This document shows positions 50,743 through 64,000 of a stretch of 64,000 nt of DNA, one piece after another (position 1 is the stretch's first letter; every line of letters starts with the position of its first letter). The stretch comes from Fistulifera solaris (taxonomy: Eukaryota): positions 372,001-436,000 of the forward strand of contig AP026142.1 of assembly GCA_030295235.1 (NCBI GenBank), given 5' to 3'. Under the pieces are notes generated by a model. It did not search any database and was not told the DNA's origin. It saw nothing but the letters and a program-made list of their open reading frames with translations. Made by a program: the position numbers and the translations under genes.

Positions 50743-51413
50743 GGGTAAACGAAGTCGGACAAGGCGTGGATTCGATGGTTCCATCGACATGATGACTGCA
50801 CATAATGTATTGGATTAATGGCTCGTTTTTGAGTAGTTTCATCGGCTAGTAATGGAAGTTGGTATCCGGGATCGATATTGGAGTGAACCTGTTTCGCTGT
50901 TGCCATAGGAACAAAAATCAATGGATCGGCATTTTGTGGTTTTCATCATGGTAGTGATGCCGATCTGGGACCCCACGAAACAAGGCCCGATGATGATTCA
51001 TGGGGAGGGCAGAACTTTGTGTTAGTCGTGCAAAAACTGAATCGGAGGGAAGCCAAATGCACATAGGTTCAAAGGACCACAAACATGCCGATGCGGGATC
51101 GTTTGAATGCGCCATTCATTCGGGAATTATGATTTGCCGTGACCGATGATGGAACATGAAATAATAATTGTGTCACAAGTCACAAACGAACAAAAGACTG
51201 GATGAATTGACGGTGTCGTCTGGCCGTCACAGCGGAAGGATGCGAGCCGCACGAAAAAAAAATCCACCGCGTTACAAGTTGTAATGCCTTATTTCCTTTG
51301 TTGCCTTTGGAAGAGGTGATTATGAGATCCTTATCTTTGAATTACGAGCACGAGTCTATCAATTCAACAATAATCAACAACAACGTAGGAGCAGTAAACA
51401 GAAAAATTGAAAA

Positions 51414-54400
51414 ATGAGCGACAACGACGAAGAATTGTACGACGAATTTGGGAATTACATTGGCCCCGATCTCGATTCTTCGTCCGACGAAGAAGACGAC
51501 AGTGTTCCTCCTTCGGCTCCCGACGATGCTTCCGACGTCTCACGTGATTCCATGAGAGACTTGGTTGCACGTGAAGATGACGAAGTCTACGCCGAACCAA
51601 TCAAGGCGATTGTGTTACACGAAGACAAGGAGCATTACGCGTCGGCCGAGCAAGTTTACGGAGAAGAAGTTCGAACGGCGGTCTTGGATGAAGATGCCAT
51701 GGACATTGAAACACCGATCATGGAAGCGGAAACAAAAAAATTATTGCACGTGCAGGGCATTCCTTACGAATGGAATTATTCGGACGACTATTTGGGAGCC
51801 CACTTTCTCAATGAAACCACACGCAATCGTCGAGCGATTGCCTTTGTCGGACATTTGCATCACGGCAAAACATCGTTGATGGATCTGATTCTCGAACCCA
51901 CGTTGCAGTCGGGAAGCTGGGGACCAAGGGCATCTCTCGATGGCAAAGGTCCACGGTATACCGACATTTTACAAACCGAACACGATCGACAAATGAGTTT
52001 GGCCAGTACACCGCTTACCACACTCTTGACCGATACGCGCGGGAAATCGTTCTGTGTCACCGTCATGGATACTCCGGGGCATCCCCATTTTCATGATGAA
52101 GCCGTGGCGGCCCTGCGGGCTGTCGACGCCGCTTGTGTTGTCGTCGATGCGGTAGAAGGGATCATGATGCATACCGAAATGGTAGTGCGACAAGCGATTG
52201 CGGAAGGTCTACCGCTCATGCTGGTATTGACCAAAATGGATCGTCTCATCGTGGAACTGAAATTACCACCGCGAGATGCTTACTATAAATTACAACACAT
52301 TATCGATGAATTCAATGAATTGATCGGTCGGGCGTCGCGAGGACGGTATCCGAAAGTCTCTCCGGAACGCGGAAATGTCGCCTTCGCGTCCGCCGTACAC
52401 GGTTGGATGTTTACCTTACACAGCTTTGCGCAAGTATATTTGGAGCATCAATCGAATGACGATGGATTGGGACAAAACTTGTCCATTGATGACTTTGCGC
52501 TTCGTTTGTGGGGGGATGCCTATTTGGACCCGGAAACGGGTCGTTTCCAGCGTTCTCCGCGTGATTCTTCCACCAAGGTAGAAAGGACTTTTGTCACATT
52601 TGTGTTGGAACCGATTTACAAAATATACAGTGCTTGTTTGGGAGAACGCGAAGCTGACGTCAATGCGCTGCTGCGTTCGTTGGGAGTTTTGTTGAAAAAG
52701 ATCAGCTGCGAGCTAGTGCTCGTCCTCTTCTTCGTGCCGCTTTGTCGCAATTCTTACAAACGGCACAACACGGATTTGTTGATATGGTCGTGCAGCAGTG
52801 TCCGCACCCTGCGGCTTCCGCAGCCGGTAAGATTGCTCGTAATTATACGGGTCCAGTAATTCAGGAGGATGATAACAACCAGGACGACAGCGATGACAAA
52901 TACGCTAAACTCTACCATGCCATGAAAGACTGTGATCCAAAAGGACCTTTGGTTATGCACGCTGTGAAAAGCTATGCGTCTCCTGATGGACAGTCTTTTT
53001 GGACCTTGGCTCGAATTTACTCCGGCACGGTTCGACCCGCCACACCGGTCCAAGTGTTAGGCGAATCCTATTCACCCGAAGATGACGACGAAGATACAGC
53101 GAAATGTGTTATTCAGGGCGTCGCCATCCCTCGTGGTCGATTTCACACTCACGTGAGTGTGGCAACGGCCGGAAATTGGGTGCTCCTGGAAGGGATCGAC
53201 GCGCATATCGCCAAGACAGCCACCATCGTAGAAGAATTATATGCAGATGTGGCACATATCTTCAAACCACTTTCCTTTCCACAGGTTGGCGGTGAAGCTG
53301 TAATGAAGCTTTCCATCGAGCCATTGAATCCTGCAGAATTGCCGAAGATGATTGAAGGTCTTCGACGAGTGTCGAAAGCATATCCCATGGCCAGGACTAA
53401 AGTCGAAGAGAGTGGCGAACACGTCGTACTTGGAAATGGAGAATTATACATGGATTGCATGATGCATGATTTGAGGCATGTGTACTCGGACATCGAAGTG
53501 AAAATTGCGGACCCCATGGTGGCATTCCGGGAAACTGTGGTCGAAAGTAGTGCACTTAAATGTTCGGCTGAAACGTCAAACAAAAAGAATCGTCTTTCGC
53601 TAATCGCCGAACCGTTAGATGAAGGACTTGCCGAAGAGTTGGAAGCCGGGAAAGTGAAGCTTGCTTGGGAGCCAAAGAAGTTTGCTAAATTCTTCCAGAC
53701 TCAGTACAATTGGGACTTGCTCTCCTCTCGTTCAGTCTGGGCATTCGGCGATTCTCCAACGCACGGAACCAATATCCTCTTGGATGACACACTTCCCAGC
53801 GAAGTGGACAAGGTCCTTTTAAACTCTTGTAAATCAAGTATCGTGCAAGGTTTCCAATGGGCCACCAGAGAAGGTCCTCTATGCGAGGAGCCGGTGCGTG
53901 GAACCAAAGTGAAGATACTGGATGCCTTGTTGGCCGACAAGCCCATTTTTCGTGGAGGTGGTCAGATGATCCCGACAGCTCGGCGTACTGTGCATGCAGC
54001 TCTACTGACTGCTAGTCCTAGGCTTTTGGAGCCAGTATTACGTCTAGATATTCAATGCCCTGGGGCCATTGTCGGCAATTTACAATCTGTGCTCAGCCGA
54101 AGACGTGGTCATATTGTGCAAGATCGTCCAATATCCGGAACCACATTTTATAGTGTGAAAGGTTTTCTTCCAATGCTGGACAGTTTTGGGTTTGAAACAG
54201 ATCTTCGAACCTTTACTCAAGGCCAAGCGATGGTATTTTCTGCGTTCGATCATTGGTCAGTAATCCCCGGTGACCCGTTGGACAAGAGCATTATACTCCA
54301 TCCTCTGGAACCGAGTCCTCCGCCACACCTTGCCCGTGAATTACTCATCAAAACACGCCGACGAAAGGGTCTTTCGGAGGATGTCTCTATGAGCAAGTTC

Positions 54401-54460
54401 CTCGACGACGATATGCGCGCTCAATTGCAAGCTTTGCAAGAACAGGATAATATGGAATAA
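51414..54460 (+). CDS. EFTUD2: U5 snRNP 116 kDa GTPase (Snu114), frameshift at A-run ~52697
   Basis: ELYDEFGNYIGP, IVLHEDK, GHLHHGKT, KVEESGEH, QGFQWATREGPLCEEP, KTRRRKGLSEDVS. Confidence 0.97.
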
Positions 54461-54575
54461 CGATCATTTAATGTCGCAGCTATACTTTTCTTTTCTACGA
54501 ATACGTTACTGTGCAAAGCAATCGTGGTTGTGATTGCTACTAGAAGAAAGCAACGCTTATCCCGCCAAGACGACT

Positions 54576-55418
54576 TCACTTCAGAAATTCCTTTTGTGCT
54601 GTAACGACAATCTGACCCAACCACAGCACTTGCAAAAGAGATAAGCCCGACAATGCCACCAGAAAGAAATAGAGCCAATACCTGCGATGCTTCAATTGCG
54701 GGTCGTCGGTTTGAAGCAAGGCTTGCTGGACATCCCGACAAAAATAGTAGGAGACGTACGGCCACGCCAGGCAGCGACAGAGGATGAAAAACAGGACAAA
54801 TAGGACACCGACGATCAGTTTGAGATGTGGGAATGCGTCCGCCAAACCGGGTATACCCAATTCGAGATCAAAATTGACCAAACAACACAAGGCGATTGTG
54901 GACAATTCCGACAAACCGAAAAAGAAGGGTGCATAATAGAGTCCGGTTTCGCTGGACCAACAACCGTACGCCGACAGGAAACTGAGAATGTGATGGAAGA
55001 TCAGTTCCGGTTTATCGTTCCACAGAATAGAATCCATCAAATCTTTGATTTGATAATACGTGAAAAATAAAGCAACTCGATAGTGAATCGGATAATAGGC
55101 ATATAGTCGTTGTGAATACTCGTGGGGATGCCATTTCTTCCAGAAAGGACTCGATGGTGATCGAATCGCACTGACACCGGCCCACACCATGATGATACAA
55201 CAAAGAGCATCTACACCAACATATCGTGCCACTATTTGGCGATGCTTTGCCGTTTGAAAGAGGACGTGCGGATGCCACTGCAACAGAAATTGGACCGCGT
55301 GTTGACTGATGGTCAAACAGGTCAAAAGAGACACCGGTGAGCCACCGCGACGACCGATTCGGTCGTGTTTGATGAGTAGCTTCACCGAGTAGTAGCTGCC
55401 ATGAATGCTTGAAGACAT
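54576..55418 (-). CDS. TLC (TRAM/LAG1/CLN8) domain membrane protein; 5' end uncertain
   Basis: YQIKDL...ELIFHH...FFGLSELST...LFFILCR...LQVLWLGQI. Confidence 0.8.
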   Translation of the reverse strand: MSSSIHGSYYSVKLLIKHDRIGRRGGSPVSLLTCLTISQHAVQFLLQWHPHVLFQTAKHRQIVARYVGVDALCCIIMVWAGVSAIRSPSSPFWKKWHPHEYSQRLYAYYPIHYRVALFFTYYQIKDLMDSILWNDKPELIFHHILSFLSAYGCWSSETGLYYAPFFFGLSELSTIALCCLVNFDLELGIPGLADAFPHLKLIVGVLFVLFFILCRCLAWPYVSYYFCRDVQQALLQTDDPQLKHRRYWLYFFLVALSGLSLLQVLWLGQIVVTAQKEFLK

Positions 55419-55861
55419 TCGTCGGCTTCATCCTGATAGTTTGGAGCAGCAAGGCGTTTTTGTTGTTGTTTTTCTGGAAAAATGAGCGGTCCGTGCAAAA
55501 AAACGCTGCGGGTCATCTATTTTATTAGATTGCGAGAATGACTGCAAGTCAGTCGTGGAGTTAAGTCACGCATAAGATCCGAATCTTTTTGTGCCGCCGG
55601 AAGCGCGGCGCGCTCCCGACTACTTTCCTACACATACTACAACATCCGAAGTACATTTCAAGATGAGAGTGGATGATGAGGAATGACACAAATTGTTGAG
55701 CGAGAGATGCGAAGAAGAAGAAAAAGATTTTATGATGCCCTCGCGCTTCTCGCCGTTTCACTTTTAACAACAACAATAACCTTCGCGTCCATTCCATTCC
55801 ATTCTATTCTTCTTATTATTATTTCTCTTCTTCTTTCACCAAACAAGCAAATAACGAAACT

Positions 55862-57264
55862 ATGCTGGCATTGCGTTGTTCCTTCGCCCGACCGCGCCTG
55901 ACCGCGGGGGCCGTCCGTCATCTCAACGTGCACGAATATGTCTCCATGGAGATTATGCAAGCGCACGGCATCAAAACACCAATTGCAGTGTCGCCAGTAC
56001 TCCCGAAGAAGCCGAACAAATCTTTTTGCATAAATTGAACAAGCGTAAGTAGTATTTGTGATAATAGAACGATCGTTCGGTATACTCGAGTGCTGACACG
56101 TACACTCTCCTTTCTTTCATGATAGCCGGCACACCCCTACTAGACGTGGTGATTAAAGCCCAAGTCCTTTCGGGAGGACGCGGCTTGGGACATTTTAAAA
56201 GTGGTTTCAAAGGCGGTGTCCACATGGTCACGAAAGCGGGTCAGGCCCGTGATTTCGCCAAAAGCATGTTGGGAGAAGAACTTGTTACGAAACAAGCACC
56301 GAATGGCATTATTTGTAACAAAGTATTGCTGATGGAACGCATGTACATGCGGAACGAAATGTATCTCAGTATTCTCATGGATCGGGCGAGTCAGGGACCT
56401 CTCATGGTGGCGAGTCCGCGGGGTGGAACGTCGATTGAAGATGTGGCGGCCACCAATCCCGAAGTGATCTTCACGCAACCGATTGATATTACCGTAGGTT
56501 TGACGGACGAACAGGCGCAACGGATGGCGGGAAATCTTGGACTGGAGCCGGGTTCGGAAGGACATGCCCAAGCCGTGACTTTGATGAAAAACTTATACAA
56601 TATGTTCATTGCCTGTGATTGCACGCAAGTCGAAGTCAATCCATTGGCGGAAACGCCGTCGGGAGACATTGTGGTGTGTGATGCCAAGGTCAATTTTGAT
56701 GACAATGCCGAGTTTCGTCAAACCGGTATCTTTGCTCGACGCGATACGACACAAGAGGATCCGCGTGAAGTCGCCGCGAGTGAGTACGATTTGAATTACA
56801 TTGGTCTCGATGGGAACATTGGTTGCATGGTGAACGGCGCCGGCTTGGCCATGTCCACAATGGACATTATTCAACTCAAGGGTGGATCTCCGGCCAACTT
56901 TTTGGATGTTGGTGGTGGAGCTTCCGAACAACAAGTACAGAAAGCATTCGAAATTCTCAATGCCGATCCCAAGGTCAAGGCCATCTTGGTCAACATCTTC
57001 GGTGGTATCATGCGCTGTGATGTTATTGCGAACGGAATTTTGAATGCGGTCAAAGAAATTGGTATCAGCAAACCCATTGTCATTCGTTTGCAAGGAACGA
57101 ACGTCGACAAGGCCAAGACGTTGATTGAAGGATCGCCGTACCGGATGATTTTGGCGGATGACTTGGAAGCGGCCGCGGAAAAGGCCGTGGGGGTGGCGGA
57201 AATTGTCGCGCAGGCAGAAAAGATTGAGGTGGATGTCAAATTTGAAGGATTTAACAACTTGTAA
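55862..57264 (+). CDS. SUCLA2: Succinyl-CoA ligase beta subunit, mitochondrial (intron 56045-56125; frameshift ~55980)
   Basis: RHLNVHEY, VIKAQVLSGGRG, DAKVNFDDNAEFRQ, GCMVNGAGLAM, NIFGGIMRCD. ADP versus GDP specificity not determined. Confidence 0.93.
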
Positions 57265-57436
57265 ATTGACATGGTAGATATCTAGCAAACGAATAAATTC
57301 ATTGCGTTGAAATGATCATTGATTAGAATATATTTTCGAGTGAATAGTCAAGCATGGGTTGAGGGGTATCAAAGCACAGCCCTAATTTCTGTCAGAGGGA
57401 AAACATTTCGTCGGTACAACCAGAAATGTATGTAAT

Positions 57437-58088
57437 TTATTGAGAAACAAACGTCACTTTCAAGATAGATTGACCCACTTTCATTTCGATGCCATCTTCC
57501 AAAGGATAGGGAACATCGACTTGAACATCTTCGTCCCGAATCAATGTTCCATTGGAAGAACCCGTGTCTGTAAAATAAAACGTTCCATTTTCTACCGTAA
57601 ACTTGCCGTGCGTCGTCGATACTTCTAAATCATGACAGAGAGAAACGCCATTTTGTTTGAATTTCTTCCCCTTGGATCGACCCAAGAGACACGGTTTGTT
57701 GGGTTTGGGTGTGACGAAAAAGGAGCTGCCCGCATGTTCTCCCGAGATGATATCGATTTTCAAAGTATCTTTATGGCTGGCTCCTTTTTTGTCTTTTTGC
57801 TTCCGTGGAGGGTTTGGAATTTTCGCAGTTCTCCACCATTTGTTCATGACAATTGTAAAGTTCACGTACACCATCTTCCAGCTCTTGTTGCAAGACCTTT
57901 AATGCCATTTCAGCTTTCTTATCTGTTTTGGCCAAGGCTTGCTGTAATACAAAGTTGAGAGCGTCTTCGACGGTGGATTTGCCGGTCGGAAAAGGAACTG
58001 TAGCGCCGAAGGATGCGTCAGAGACGGGGAGAGGCGGTTCACTGAACCGGCGATGACACTTACCATCATTCAATAACGTAGAAGTCAT
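57437..58088 (-). CDS. FHA domain protein (frameshifts ~57900 and ~57800)
   Basis: LLGRS...DLEVSTTHG...FTDTGSSNGT...VGQS. Confidence 0.8.
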
Positions 58089-58569
58089 CGTATTTGTTGA
58101 TGAATAGCAATTGAGATTGATTCGTATGGTTATATATTTCAATGATGGAGAGCCGACACGATGAGACAAAGAATGTGAGGCAATGTGCGCATTCTCTCAA
58201 AGAGCGTTTTATGTAACGGCTATGTATGAAACGTGAAGGGTTTAATCGTTATTCTATGTTTGTATACCTGGTTAAGGCTTACGCGCAGGCAAAACTTAGT
58301 ATAGTTAATGTTGTAGGAAACGCAACAGAGTGCGACATAACCTACTCATACGTATACTACTTGTACCAGGTACGTAGCGTAGTAGCGATGCTCTTCTCCG
58401 CCAAGCCCTATCCTCTCGCTATGTCGATGAAAAACCTCCTCCGCACTTCTTGTTGAAGAGCTTTGCTTTAAAAAATCATCATTGAAACAAGCCATTTTAT
58501 CTTGATCCTCACACAAACCGTGTAAACTTAAAAGATTCCAGACCGCGGTCGAATCCAGCAGATGCAATC

Positions 58570-59100
58570 ATGAGTCATCACGCCATCAACGCTACCGCCG
58601 CCTTCTCGTACAGTATAGTTTGGACACCACTTCCTTTCATAACATGGATCTTTCCATTCATTGGTCATACTGGCATTGCTGACTCCAAAGGGATTATTTC
58701 AGATTTTCAAGGTCCTTACTTTGTCGGAGATCGGGGTCACATGGCGTTTGGGGCTCCCACGAAAGTATTGAAAATTCGGTTTGTCGAAGAAGAAGACGAA
58801 GACAATACTGAATTCTGTCACGCCTCGCAATGGGATGAAGCAATCCAAGAAGCGAATGCTGTATACCGTGGGCGTATGCACAATTTGTTTTGCGACAATT
58901 GTCACTCGCATGTAGCGTATGCATTGAATCGAATGGCTGTCAAAGATTATGGAGTCGAGAAATGGGATATGGTGAAGATTGCTGTTCTCGTATTTTTTCG
59001 GGGGCGCTTTGTTTCGTGGGGTGCCATGCTCCAAAGCTGGGGTCCTTTTCTTGTGATAGTTATGCTGATTTGGTTTGGTAGCAGATGGGGAAACAAATGA
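58570..59100 (+). CDS. TMEM222: TMEM222 / RTE1-like (DUF778) protein
   Basis: IVWTPLPFITWIFPFIGHTGI...DFQGPY...HNLFCDNCHSHVA. Confidence 0.93.
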   Translation: MSHHAINATAAFSYSIVWTPLPFITWIFPFIGHTGIADSKGIISDFQGPYFVGDRGHMAFGAPTKVLKIRFVEEEDEDNTEFCHASQWDEAIQEANAVYRGRMHNLFCDNCHSHVAYALNRMAVKDYGVEKWDMVKIAVLVFFRGRFVSWGAMLQSWGPFLVIVMLIWFGSRWGNK

Positions 59101-59457
59101 ACTACCAGTAGTTTGACTCTTTGCAGAGGCTAATGATTGAATTTTTTCTAATGTCTTGCGTCACCAACGCACAGAAAGTAATCACATGCAAAGGAACAGG
59201 GAAATCGCAACTTGGATTGCAACCCACAGAAATAGTAACGGTAATCATCAGGGTGAATTAAGGCGAACATAGCGTTGATAATCTACATCGATGGAACAGC
59301 CACTTCGCTTAGAAAAGTGTAAGCTCACGACACACGATGAAAGCACACAAAATCGCCGCAGACGTTGTGGGATCAATCGAACTAGTCGAGATGAAGCGGA
59401 GAGGTAAAAAATCACTATCGGTTCAAACTGTTGTCTCAACTGAGCCAGGACTGCGAT

Positions 59458-60410
59458 TTAGTTTTCATTCACGAAGCCAGATAATTTTTGGTTGAAATTG
59501 ATGACGCTGTTTCGGCCTTCGTCGTCACGATTTTCCTCATTGCCGTCGATACCTTCTCTCTCGCTTTCGATAGTGCTTCCAAGCTGGAAAAATCCTTCTT
59601 GCTCCAAACTTTCCAAATACTTGCTTAGCTTATCTTTACTTTCCACAACGCAGTCATACTGGCGCCACAACTCGCAATGTCTGTGAGACCAAGCGAGATA
59701 TCACGCGTCAGAGAAACAAGAGGGCAAATACAACAGGCACGATATCTCTACTCGACTTACTGAATCTCAATGCAGTAGTCCGCGTATTTCCCGTCCTCCG
59801 TAATTGCATCGACGATGGGTAAAGTCACGCTCCGCCATTCACGAACATTGTCGTTTGCGTATTGCTCGACTTTTTTATAAAGTTGAGCCAGCAACAAGGA
59901 AATATCACCTGCTTCCACGGGCACTCGTAGAATGATGTGAAATATCGCCGCCCGCTCACTCCAGATAACAAAACGACTGTTCAGATGAGCTTCATTTGGC
60001 CAATTCATCACGCCGGTGCGATTCAAGAATTCGAAATGAGTGCACACCAGATCGATATACTTGACACGGTAAACGTTCTATGCCTTGAGACAGACACTTT
60101 CTTCGGTCGGGTCTATTTCCACCAAATCTCCAACCTCGTAAGGGCGTAGCTTGTAATAGAATAGATTGCGTTCGTAATTGTTGGCGTAGTCCACAGCGAT
60201 CAGCAATGCATAGAGGAGAATCGCCAAGATGGTGACAAAGGTCCAAAAACACGGCAAAGGGAATGATGCAGCATGCATAGACAAAGATCCATGTGAAGAC
60301 AATGACAAAATCCAAATAGATCAGCTGAAAGAAGAAAACAGCCAGTTTTCGTCCGAAGGGAACTTTTGACTGCTCGTAGAGTTTGCGGCGGGCAGCGTGT
60401 CTATCATCAT
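59458..60410 (-). pseudogene. Truncated MscS-like C-terminal-domain gene with in-frame TAG (60078-60080); intron 59681-59760
   Basis: RPYEVGDLVEID...KA*NVYRV aligns with the paralog's NTLNVYRV; same intron position as the 60824 copy. Confidence 0.55.
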
Positions 60411-60823
60411 TGTCGCTTTCGTTGGCGCTGGAGAAAAGAACTAGCGCTGGCGATGTAAATTATTGCTTGCGAAAGATTATAAGACATTTTGAAAGACTAT
60501 TATTGGAAGGCAAGAGTGCGGTTTGCAAATTGAAAACGACATGAATGGATTATTGCGATTTTATTGCGTTATTTTATGTGCGCGGTGCTGTTTTCTTTTC
60601 GAGTCGTGCGTCTATTTCACGGGACTCACAGATTTATCATTCACATTCCTTATTATATTATTATGACATACTATATGGTATCGTGATCCTTGTTGATTGA
60701 AACGGACTACATAACACGATTGGAACTCAAATACACGGTTTCGTTTCAAAATGTCTCACAAATTCACGCCAGCAACCATCACCGCGAACGTAAGTTCATT
60801 CCTCTGCACAAATCGAGGTAAAG

Positions 60824-61506
60824 ATGACAGACAAGTCCGCCGCAATCACTTGTCCCCGGCTCATTCTTCGCTTTTTCCGGGATAGTCTCGACGCCATTGA
60901 CTTCTATAACGGACATCCTTGCAAGGTTGGTGAATTTATCGAGATCGATCAGCCTAACGATAGCGTTTTCCTCAACACGCTAAACGTTTATCGCGTCGAC
61001 AAGATCGCCTGGATGTACACGGAGGTCACTTGCTTGGCCAACGGTGAGCGGGTTCGTTGGCACAATTCAAGTCTGTGCCGCTACAGATCGATGACATGCT
61101 GGAGTTATTGTCCAGTAAGATTCGAAATCGTGCTTCCTTTGCCTGTGGGTACTGGTGACCCCCTTTCCTTGTTTTTATTTGAGAGCAAGATCAGGCAATT
61201 TGCAAACGAGAACCCTGGCGAATGGCGTAAAGCAAACACATTCTTTTGTGATCAAACGGCTGGAGGGCTTCGTGTTATGATTGAGTAAGTTGAATAGAGA
61301 GGTAATCTGCGATTGAGTATTGCCCCTGCTTCTCTGACGCGTTCTTGTCATTTGCTTCCTATTTCAGACACAACGAAGTGTGGGGACAACTTAAGCTCGT
61401 CTTGAAGAGCAGAGAAAAGCTGATTGCTTACTGCAAGGAGCTTACTGAAGAGATCCGCCCGGCAGATGCTATTGACGATGGCTTTGCTATCACTGTGTTC
61501 CCCTAG
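60824..61506 (+). CDS. MscS-like beta/C-terminal domain-only protein (intron 61285-61367)
   Basis: HPCKVGEFIEID...YRVDKIAWMYT...ERVRWHNSSL; spliced exon HNEVWGQ...VFP*. Confidence 0.55.
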
Positions 61507-61739
61507 AGTTTTATGGCAATGTTGACAGAATTTGGTGCTCTAGGAGCTCTAGTTTCAACAGAGCTTACAATTTGGATCTCAAAGTTCTGCAAAAATACGT
61601 TAAGTTGTGTAGACCTACTGTGCTGATGCTTTATAGAGTATTTATTTTAGCTCAAGAGATTTCAGAAAATACGGAGAAGCACTTTTAGCGCATCTCACCC
61701 GTGACAACGGCTTCACGAAGCTAAGTGCAAGTGTTCAAA

Positions 61740-62330
61740 TTAACGCGGCCGTGCCATCGTCGCCACCATCCGTAACTTGTGGCTGCTCAACCATTCCACA
61801 ACTTCCGATCGACTAAAACCTACCGCACCGTGGCTGGAAATAGAGAAGTCGATCCGCCAGACGTCGTGCAAAAATAGCGACAAACGTCGACAATGCCGCC
61901 CAGTTCGCGACCGTACAACCGTTTCAATTCGTAACATTCTGGGCTCGCGCACCATATGACGCCAACAACTTCTTGACATCTTCAATGTCCCCGACCAGCT
62001 CGCTCACATGACTGGTGAATTGCCATTTTTCGTACATTGTTTGACGTACGCTAATTGTTGCTGTTCGGGGATTTGCTGGATCAAATACTACTCACACACA
62101 TCAGCATGACCGCCGGTCACATACAAAGTATTCCCGAGGCGTCGTACCTGCTGCCGCTCAATACAAGAGTGTAGCCCCATCCCGCGCGGCTGCATTCTGC
62201 ACCGACAATCCCAACCGTAATATCAGCGTCTCTACGCTTTCGAAATCGCTCAATGCAACAAAGTCGCCCCCTGGTAGTCACGTTCGTGTAGATTGGCGCC
62301 GTTCTGATAATACCTTACTGTATAGTGATT
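61740..62330 (-). pseudogene. Ankyrin-repeat pseudogene
   Basis: NGANLHERDYQGATLLH*A, ARDGATLLY*AAAG, DVKKLLASYGA..NVTN*NGCTVANWAA; multiple stops and frameshifts. Confidence 0.6.
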
Positions 62331-62898
62331 CGATGAGTTGTGCGGCTTACCTTTTACCGCACGTGATGATGTTGTCGGTTGCGTCGGCTGTTGCATTCGA
62401 GGCGGATCATGGTCCGCTGTAAACCTTAATTGCGTACAAAATCGGGGCTTACTGCGGCTGGCTGGGGCTCTTAACAACGGAATGAATTATTGCCGTCCTA
62501 CAAACGGAATCTGCATAGCGTGAAACGTAAAAAGGGCGCCAGATGTTTAGCGTGACACGTGAAACGGCGCCAGACCAGCCCAGATCGGTACTCATCCGAA
62601 ATTTGGCGAGACGAAGCATCACAGCGCATCGCACCCTTCATCGTTGTTTACATCGAAGTCACACCCGTTTCCCACCCTGCAACGCGAAACACATTCCGTT
62701 CATCTGCTAGAAAGCAACATTATTCAGTCAACCATCTTTCATTGATCAACTACAGTTATCCTCGTCAATACATCTATCTTACTTTGCGACATTGCCAGGC
62801 CGAAATACGTCATTCTTACAACAATATGTTGACACCATCAACGACTGGAAGAAAAGTCACAATCGATCACCTACCAAACTACGACAACATTGCTTTGG

Positions 62899-64000
62899 GA
62901 TGACTTCTGGATTGATTGCACTTGCGATTGGAATAGCAGGGCTGATGGCAGAAGCATCGTTTGCTAAGAGCCCGCGGTGGCTGCATATCGCTTTCTTGCA
63001 ATTCCTTTATTTAGCCATCGCAATTTTCCTCCAGTTTATGCATTTGGGCGCAATTTGGATGGTGAAAGGTTTCCCTTTATCACTCCAAAGCAGACCGCAT
63101 TGTTCCCAACGACTCTACTTGGCTTATGTTATGGCGGGTATCTTCTCATGGTCGAGATGTATGCCGTTCCAGCGCTCGTCTTCAGCTGGGCGTCTCTTAA
63201 CTTGATCTTCATGCAAGCTCTGAGTACTTACCTGGAGCGATTGTTGGGGCTTGGTTTGCTGCTTTCCTTTCTGTACTCAGTCTTGCGATTGATCGTCAAA
63301 CTGTACGCAGTTAAACTGGCATATCAGTTCCGCGCTCAGGATCTCGAAGAGGTGATGAAAAAACTTGTCGTCATCCTCAAGCTGTCTCAATCAAAGAGCT
63401 TTGGTGATCTTACTGAAGAGAACATAGACAATTGTAGACTGCTACTCAAACAAATAGAAGAGCAACCTTCTGAACGAGAGCAACCTTACATTGATGTTAC
63501 AGTCCGAATTCTGTGTTTGATTCAAGCCTCCTTAGAGCTACTACTAACGAAAATTTGTACACCGGCCAAGGAGATCCACAAGCGTTTACTTGCTTCACAA
63601 TTGGGAGATGAGGAAGCGACAACAAACACTGTCAATATCTTCAAGTATGCTTCTCTTGTTGGTCGCAAAGAAGCCAAAGAAGCCATCAAGCTGTTTCGCC
63701 CATGTCCAAATGGAGATATTTCTGCCCTAGACTTTATTGAGAAAGTCGAGTCAGTCTATAAGGATCTCGATCTTATCATGCAACAAACTGAATCTGTCTC
63801 ACATCTTGTTTTTCAGCATCAGAACATGATGTACTTTACTTTTGGTGCAGTTGCTGTCATTGCGGTCGCTTCACTTCTCTTTGTTCCCACAATTATTGCT
63901 CTTGTCATCGGCAGTGTATTGGGTGCTTGCGCTTTGTCAATTCCTGAGCACTGGATGGGGTTTTATTGCAAAGATGCCCTGACTATTATTGAACGCCAAA
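62899..64000 (+). CDS. MscS-like mechanosensitive channel with EF-hand-like motif (partial; frameshift ~63150; runs off window)
   Basis: Multiple TMs; AKEAIKLFRPCPNGDISALDFIEKVESVYKDL followed by TM hairpins. Start may lie further upstream. Confidence 0.6.

Noticed and set aside
50987..51045. ATGATGA...CTGA flanked by ccg/cgg (C/D snoRNA-like)
   Set aside because: Only about 59 nt, atypical stem-to-box spacing and no recognisable rRNA complement.
60078..62252. In-frame TAG/TGA considered as recoding (Sec, Pyl or readthrough)
   Set aside because: The stops align to Leu or Trp positions, co-occur with other lesions, and no SECIS was recognised.

Overview
This is gene-dense eukaryotic nuclear DNA, almost certainly from a diatom. 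The evidence is short GT-AG introns and bipartite plastid presequences with A-F/G-F cleavage motifs. It encodes about 35 proteins: PPR-SMR, BAR-like, three lipocalins, fibrillin, histones H1/H2B/H2A x2/H3, AP-1 mu, a KEA antiporter, pirin, an AGC kinase, two RING-H2 ligases, D2HGDH, a sulfotransferase, Vps41, Utp13/TBL3, Cpn10-like, BTB, Snu114, TLC, succinyl-CoA ligase beta, FHA, TMEM222 and MscS-like genes. It also holds a Helitron-like remnant and an ankyrin pseudogene. Many essential genes are split by 1-nt indels, mostly at homopolymers, which most likely reflects unpolished long-read assembly error. The two most notable signals are non-coding. (1) All five histone genes end in a metazoan-style 3' stem-loop with an atypical purine-rich 5' arm (GGARGU-N4-ACYUCC, with a compensatory change), followed by a conserved ACAAAG element. 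(2) An apparent box H/ACA snoRNA sits in the intron of a thylakoid-lumen protein gene, and its two hairpins are complementary to adjacent parts of one conserved LSU rRNA segment.
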